Shown here one piece after another: positions 60,724-64,000 of a stretch of DNA of 64,000 nucleotides. The DNA is taken from NCBI GenBank assembly GCA_963737265.1, contig CAVTRY010000023.1, forward strand, positions 256,001-320,000, written 5' to 3'. A program made the position numbers and the translations under genes. Below the pieces are notes generated by a model. That model was not told where the DNA came from and searched no databases. It was given only the letters and a program-made list of their open reading frames with translations. The first letter of the stretch is position 1. Each line of letters begins with the position of its first letter. This DNA is from an uncultured delta proteobacterium (lineage in GTDB: Bacteria > Myxococcota_A > Polyangia > Fen-1088).

Positions 60724-61239
60724 ATGACGATGCCGAGAATCCTCGCGAACCTTTCGATCCTTGCCGCTCTTCTCTCCACCGCGGCCCACGCCAATTTCGC
60801 GCGCGCGGAGGGACGCGCCCTCAATGCCTGCGGGTGCTACACCGAAAACGAAACTTGTTTCTGCGAGAAGAAGGCGAAATGCGGCTGCCCCGGCGAGTGC
60901 GAGCCCAAGGGCTGCGAGGTTGAGCGCCAGAAGAAGCTGCAAAAGGAAATCGAGGCCGAGACCAAGCGCGCGACGGACGAGGCGGAGGCCGCCGCCAGAG
61001 CACGTGGCCCCAAGGTCGAGGAGACGAAGGCCGACGAGAAGGCCGAAGAGAAAACGGCCGACGCCACGAGATCTGCGGCGGAGACCAGCAAGGCGCCCGC
61101 CGCGGGCAAGACGCCGCCCGTGCGCAGGATGACTGCCGCGCAGGAAAAGCAGCTCTCGCGTTTGCTCGATGCCTACCTGGCCGAGCACCCGGGCGCCAGC
61201 GGCCGAACCCTCTCGGACGTCCGCAGCGAGCTTCAGTAG
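60724..61239 (+). CDS. Secreted protein with Cys-rich (CxC x3) segment and charged coiled coil
   Basis: Signal peptide; CGCYTENETCFCEKKAKCGCPGECEPKGC. Confidence 0.65.
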   Translation: MTMPRILANLSILAALLSTAAHANFARAEGRALNACGCYTENETCFCEKKAKCGCPGECEPKGCEVERQKKLQKEIEAETKRATDEAEAAARARGPKVEETKADEKAEEKTADATRSAAETSKAPAAGKTPPVRRMTAAQEKQLSRLLDAYLAEHPGASGRTLSDVRSELQ

Positions 61240-62402
61240 TCCGTCGGATCGCGTTCGAAAAAGGACGTCGCGGAAGCGGCGTTCAGAGCGACCTGCGCCG
61301 AAAACGGCAGCAGGAATTCGGGAATTTTTTCGATTCCAGGCGCGACGATCTCGATTTGGTGGCGGGGCGAGGAAGCGAGCCACTCGCCGACGATTTCGCG
61401 TACGTCGTCATCGGCGAGGCTGTGCCCGATGACGATCAGGCGGTCGATCTGGTCGAGGTTCGCTCGGAAATACTCAAGGAACCTCCGCTGCGTAAGCTGA
61501 GGATAGGGATCAGTGAGGCGCGCCGCGCTGGCCAGCAGCGTGCGGCGCAGAAGCTGGGGCCGGTCGCTGGCGTCGAGGTAGGGGATCCGATTCATGAGTG
61601 CGACGGGATCGGGCACCAGGCTCGACACCAGGCCAGGATCGAGCAGCCCTTCATTGGCGATTTGAAGCGCATCAATGATGGCGTCGAAGGTCTCGTCGTC
61701 GGGCTTGAGCTTGAGCAGATCGCGCCCGTCGCCGAAAGCGAAAATATCGAGCGCGCCGTGAACCTTGAGCAGGTTGATCCCGCGCTCCCCGCGCGCAAAG
61801 AAAGGCAGGTGGCCATCGGCCAGCTCCCGGTCGGTCAGCACGTGCGCGGTGAGGGCCGCGATGGGCTGACCGGTGGCATTTCGACAAGGAAGCGCGATCG
61901 TGCGCCGGGAAAATCCACAATTCACGGGGATGCCGAAAAGGGCGGCGATGCACTCGACCAGCACGTCGTGGTTGAACGAAAAAATCCACAGCGGCCTGTT
62001 CTTCTCGGCCAGGGGCACGAGGCCGACGAAGTACTGCAAGCCCTCGCGAAAGGAATCGCGACGCTCGACCTGGCGGCGGTAGAGAATGAGGTACACGACC
62101 TGGGCCAGCCAAGCGTAGAGCCCATGATAGCTCTGCGCGAATCCTTCGCGAGCATCGTTGAGATATTGCGCCTCCAGGTGTCCGAGCAGCGCCTCGTAGT
62201 CGAAATCCGGCAATTCCAAAAATCGCGCCGTGTCCTCGATGACTTCGTCCGAGTGGCCATAGCCGCGCCCACGCCAAGTGGCGTTGAGCTTGCGTAGCGA
62301 AGCTGGCGTCAGCCAAGCGAGAATATCGGCGTTGATGTCCGAACGCAGGGGCATGCCCAGCTCGCGCGAGGCGCCTGCGCCAAGAAGGAGTGCGGTGAAC
62401 AC
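61233..62402 (-). CDS. SIR2-like (SIR2_2) domain protein
   Basis: LLLGAGAS..GMP, FSFNHDVLVE, LLKVHGAL, LIVIGHSLAD. Confidence 0.75.
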   Translation of the reverse strand: MFTALLLGAGASRELGMPLRSDINADILAWLTPASLRKLNATWRGRGYGHSDEVIEDTARFLELPDFDYEALLGHLEAQYLNDAREGFAQSYHGLYAWLAQVVYLILYRRQVERRDSFREGLQYFVGLVPLAEKNRPLWIFSFNHDVLVECIAALFGIPVNCGFSRRTIALPCRNATGQPIAALTAHVLTDRELADGHLPFFARGERGINLLKVHGALDIFAFGDGRDLLKLKPDDETFDAIIDALQIANEGLLDPGLVSSLVPDPVALMNRIPYLDASDRPQLLRRTLLASAARLTDPYPQLTQRRFLEYFRANLDQIDRLIVIGHSLADDDVREIVGEWLASSPRHQIEIVAPGIEKIPEFLLPFSAQVALNAASATSFFERDPTDY

Positions 62403-62461
62403 CGTTTGAAGGTCCTGGTTCTCGCCGTGGGGTGCCGCTGGGTCCTGTGGAGCGAGGCTGC

Positions 62462-63874
62462 CTAGGCTGCTGGCGCGGCTTTGCTGAGATAGCTATGAAT
62501 GCCGACCGCGGCCTTCTTGCCGTCGCCCATGGCCAGGATGACCGTGGCGCCGCCGCGCACGATGTCGCCGCCGGCGAACACGCCCGGCAGGTTGGTCATG
62601 CCGTTTTCGTCGGCGATGATGTTGCCCCACTTGTTCAATTGCAGCCCGGGCGTGGCTTGGGTCAGCAGCGGGTTCGACTTGGTGCCTACAGCCTCGATGA
62701 AGACCTGGCACGGAATCTCGAATTCGCTACCTGCGATGGCGACCGGCCGGCGACGGCCCGAGGCATCGGGTTCGCCGAGCCCCATGCGTTGGCAGCGCAC
62801 GGCGCGTACCCAACCCGCTTCGTCGCCCAAGACGGCGACCGGATTAGTCAGCATTTCGAAGCGAACGCCTTCTTCTTTGGCGTGGTGAACCTCTTCCACG
62901 CGCGCGGGCATTTCCTTTTCCGAACGGCGATAGACCAGGCACGAAGGATCGGCGCCCAGGCGGCGCGCGGTGCGCACGGCATCCATCGCGGTGTTGCCGC
63001 CGCCCACCACCACGACTCCTTGGCCACGCAACACGGGTGTGTCGGATTCCAGGCCTTTGTACGCGCTCATGAGATTCACGCGCGTCAGGTATTCGTTGGC
63101 GGAATACACGCCCTTGAGGTTTTCCCCGGGGATGTTCTGAAACACCGGCAGACCCGCGCCGTTGCCGACGAACACCGCGTGGAAACCCTGCTCTTTCAGC
63201 AAATCGTCGAGCGTCAAGGTCGTGCCGATGACGACGTTGCATTCGATCTTCACGCCCATCTCTTCCAGCGTCTTCACTTCCTGATCGACGATGGCCTTGG
63301 GCAGGCGGAACTCGGGAATGCCATACACCAGCACGCCGCCGGGCCGGTGCAGGGCCTCGAAAACCGTGACGTCGTAGCCCAGCTTGGCAAGCTCGCCCGC
63401 GCAGGTGAGGCCGGCGGGACCGCTGCCCACCACCGCGACCTTCTTCCCGGTCGACGGCGCGAGTAGTGTGGTGCGCTTGAGGTTGCCGCGCGCCCAATCC
63501 GCGACGTAGCGTTCGAGGTAGCCGATGGCGACCGGCTTACCCTTCTTGCCCACCAGGCACAATTCCTCGCACTGGGTTTCCTGCGGGCACACGCGCCCCG
63601 TGATGCCCGGCAAGACGTTGGCGGTGTAAAGAATATTGGCGGCGCGCTCCAGGTCGCCCTGTTCCACGGCGGCGATGAAGCCGGGGATGTCGATGCCGAC
63701 GGGACAGCCGGCCACGCATTCGTGGTTCTTGCAACACAAGCAGCGTTTCGCCTCGAGATTGGCCATCTCGGGCGGCAAGCCCAAATTCACTTCGCGAAAA
63801 TGCGCGGCGCGCTCGTGTGCTGGACTTTCCGGCATGGCCTGGCGCTGAATCTTCATTCGTTCGGAAGCTTTCAT
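62462..63874 (-). CDS. GltD/NfnB-like NADPH-dependent flavoprotein
   Basis: EAKRCLCCK..CVAGCP, GRVCPQETQCE, GSGPAGL, YGIPEFRLP, GGGNTAMD, FAGGD. Confidence 0.92.
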   Translation of the reverse strand: MKASERMKIQRQAMPESPAHERAAHFREVNLGLPPEMANLEAKRCLCCKNHECVAGCPVGIDIPGFIAAVEQGDLERAANILYTANVLPGITGRVCPQETQCEELCLVGKKGKPVAIGYLERYVADWARGNLKRTTLLAPSTGKKVAVVGSGPAGLTCAGELAKLGYDVTVFEALHRPGGVLVYGIPEFRLPKAIVDQEVKTLEEMGVKIECNVVIGTTLTLDDLLKEQGFHAVFVGNGAGLPVFQNIPGENLKGVYSANEYLTRVNLMSAYKGLESDTPVLRGQGVVVVGGGNTAMDAVRTARRLGADPSCLVYRRSEKEMPARVEEVHHAKEEGVRFEMLTNPVAVLGDEAGWVRAVRCQRMGLGEPDASGRRRPVAIAGSEFEIPCQVFIEAVGTKSNPLLTQATPGLQLNKWGNIIADENGMTNLPGVFAGGDIVRGGATVILAMGDGKKAAVGIHSYLSKAAPAA

Positions 63875-63928
63875 GGATACCTCGGGCGACAAGGGCAACA
63901 AAGATGGCGGGAATCGGAACGTTCGTAA

Positions 63929-64000
63929 CTACTTGACTTCGGGTGCCTTGACCTCGGCCAAGGCGGCTTGCAGCTTGCATTGATGCTCTTCGTCAGTTTG
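63929..64000 (-). CDS. 3' end of upstream gene, probably NfnA/SudB-like (partial)
   Basis: QTDEEHQCKLQAALAEVKAPEVK*; HxCKL tail and position before NfnB. Confidence 0.55.
   Translation of the reverse strand, partial: QTDEEHQCKLQAALAEVKAPEVK

Overview
GC-rich bacterial DNA, most likely from an anaerobic-leaning Myxococcota/Polyangia organism (MYXO-CTERM protein, GGGtGRT/NifU-like pair, NfnAB-like genes). The core is a polyphosphate/phosphate-starvation cluster: small acidic ORF-CHAD-SixA converging on ppk1-ppx-olsF-like-protease-phoB-like, with a divergent ppk2 and several 11-bp-periodic Pho-box-like repeats. A ~15 kb defence island with no recognisable integrase splits this cluster. It is inserted exactly at the shared CTAG stop of sixA/ppk1 and flanked by a perfect 29-bp direct repeat (16617-16645 / 31694-31722). 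The island holds a type I R-M remnant whose middle is replaced by a Mrr-N/GmrSD/HEPN fusion, plus DUF2130, ORF6N, DUF1016 and RhuM relics and a PIN TA pair. It also holds the best candidate for an undescribed system: an IetA-like AAA+ ATPase with no S8 protease, followed by a 386-aa protein and a translationally coupled 148-aa putative ADP-ribosyltransferase-like protein. A second, disarmed copy of this module is present. Island modules are punctuated by three allelic copies of one nuclease gene's 3' end. Elsewhere: an MdtABC-TolC efflux operon, MATE, Rieske/FAD oxidoreductase, group II intron and IS91 remnants, pgk, two near-identical tRNA-Ser genes, a FIST/CheA-like insert flanked by a 93-bp duplicated gene end, GT-C-like membrane proteins, a GH5 cellulase, a stand-alone SIR2-like protein and NfnB/GltD. 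Four separate +1 frameshifts (three in ppc, one in rhuM) coincide with the octamer GTTCGAGC, which suggests a modification-linked sequencing artefact rather than decay. All family assignments come from motif recognition by eye; no searches were run.
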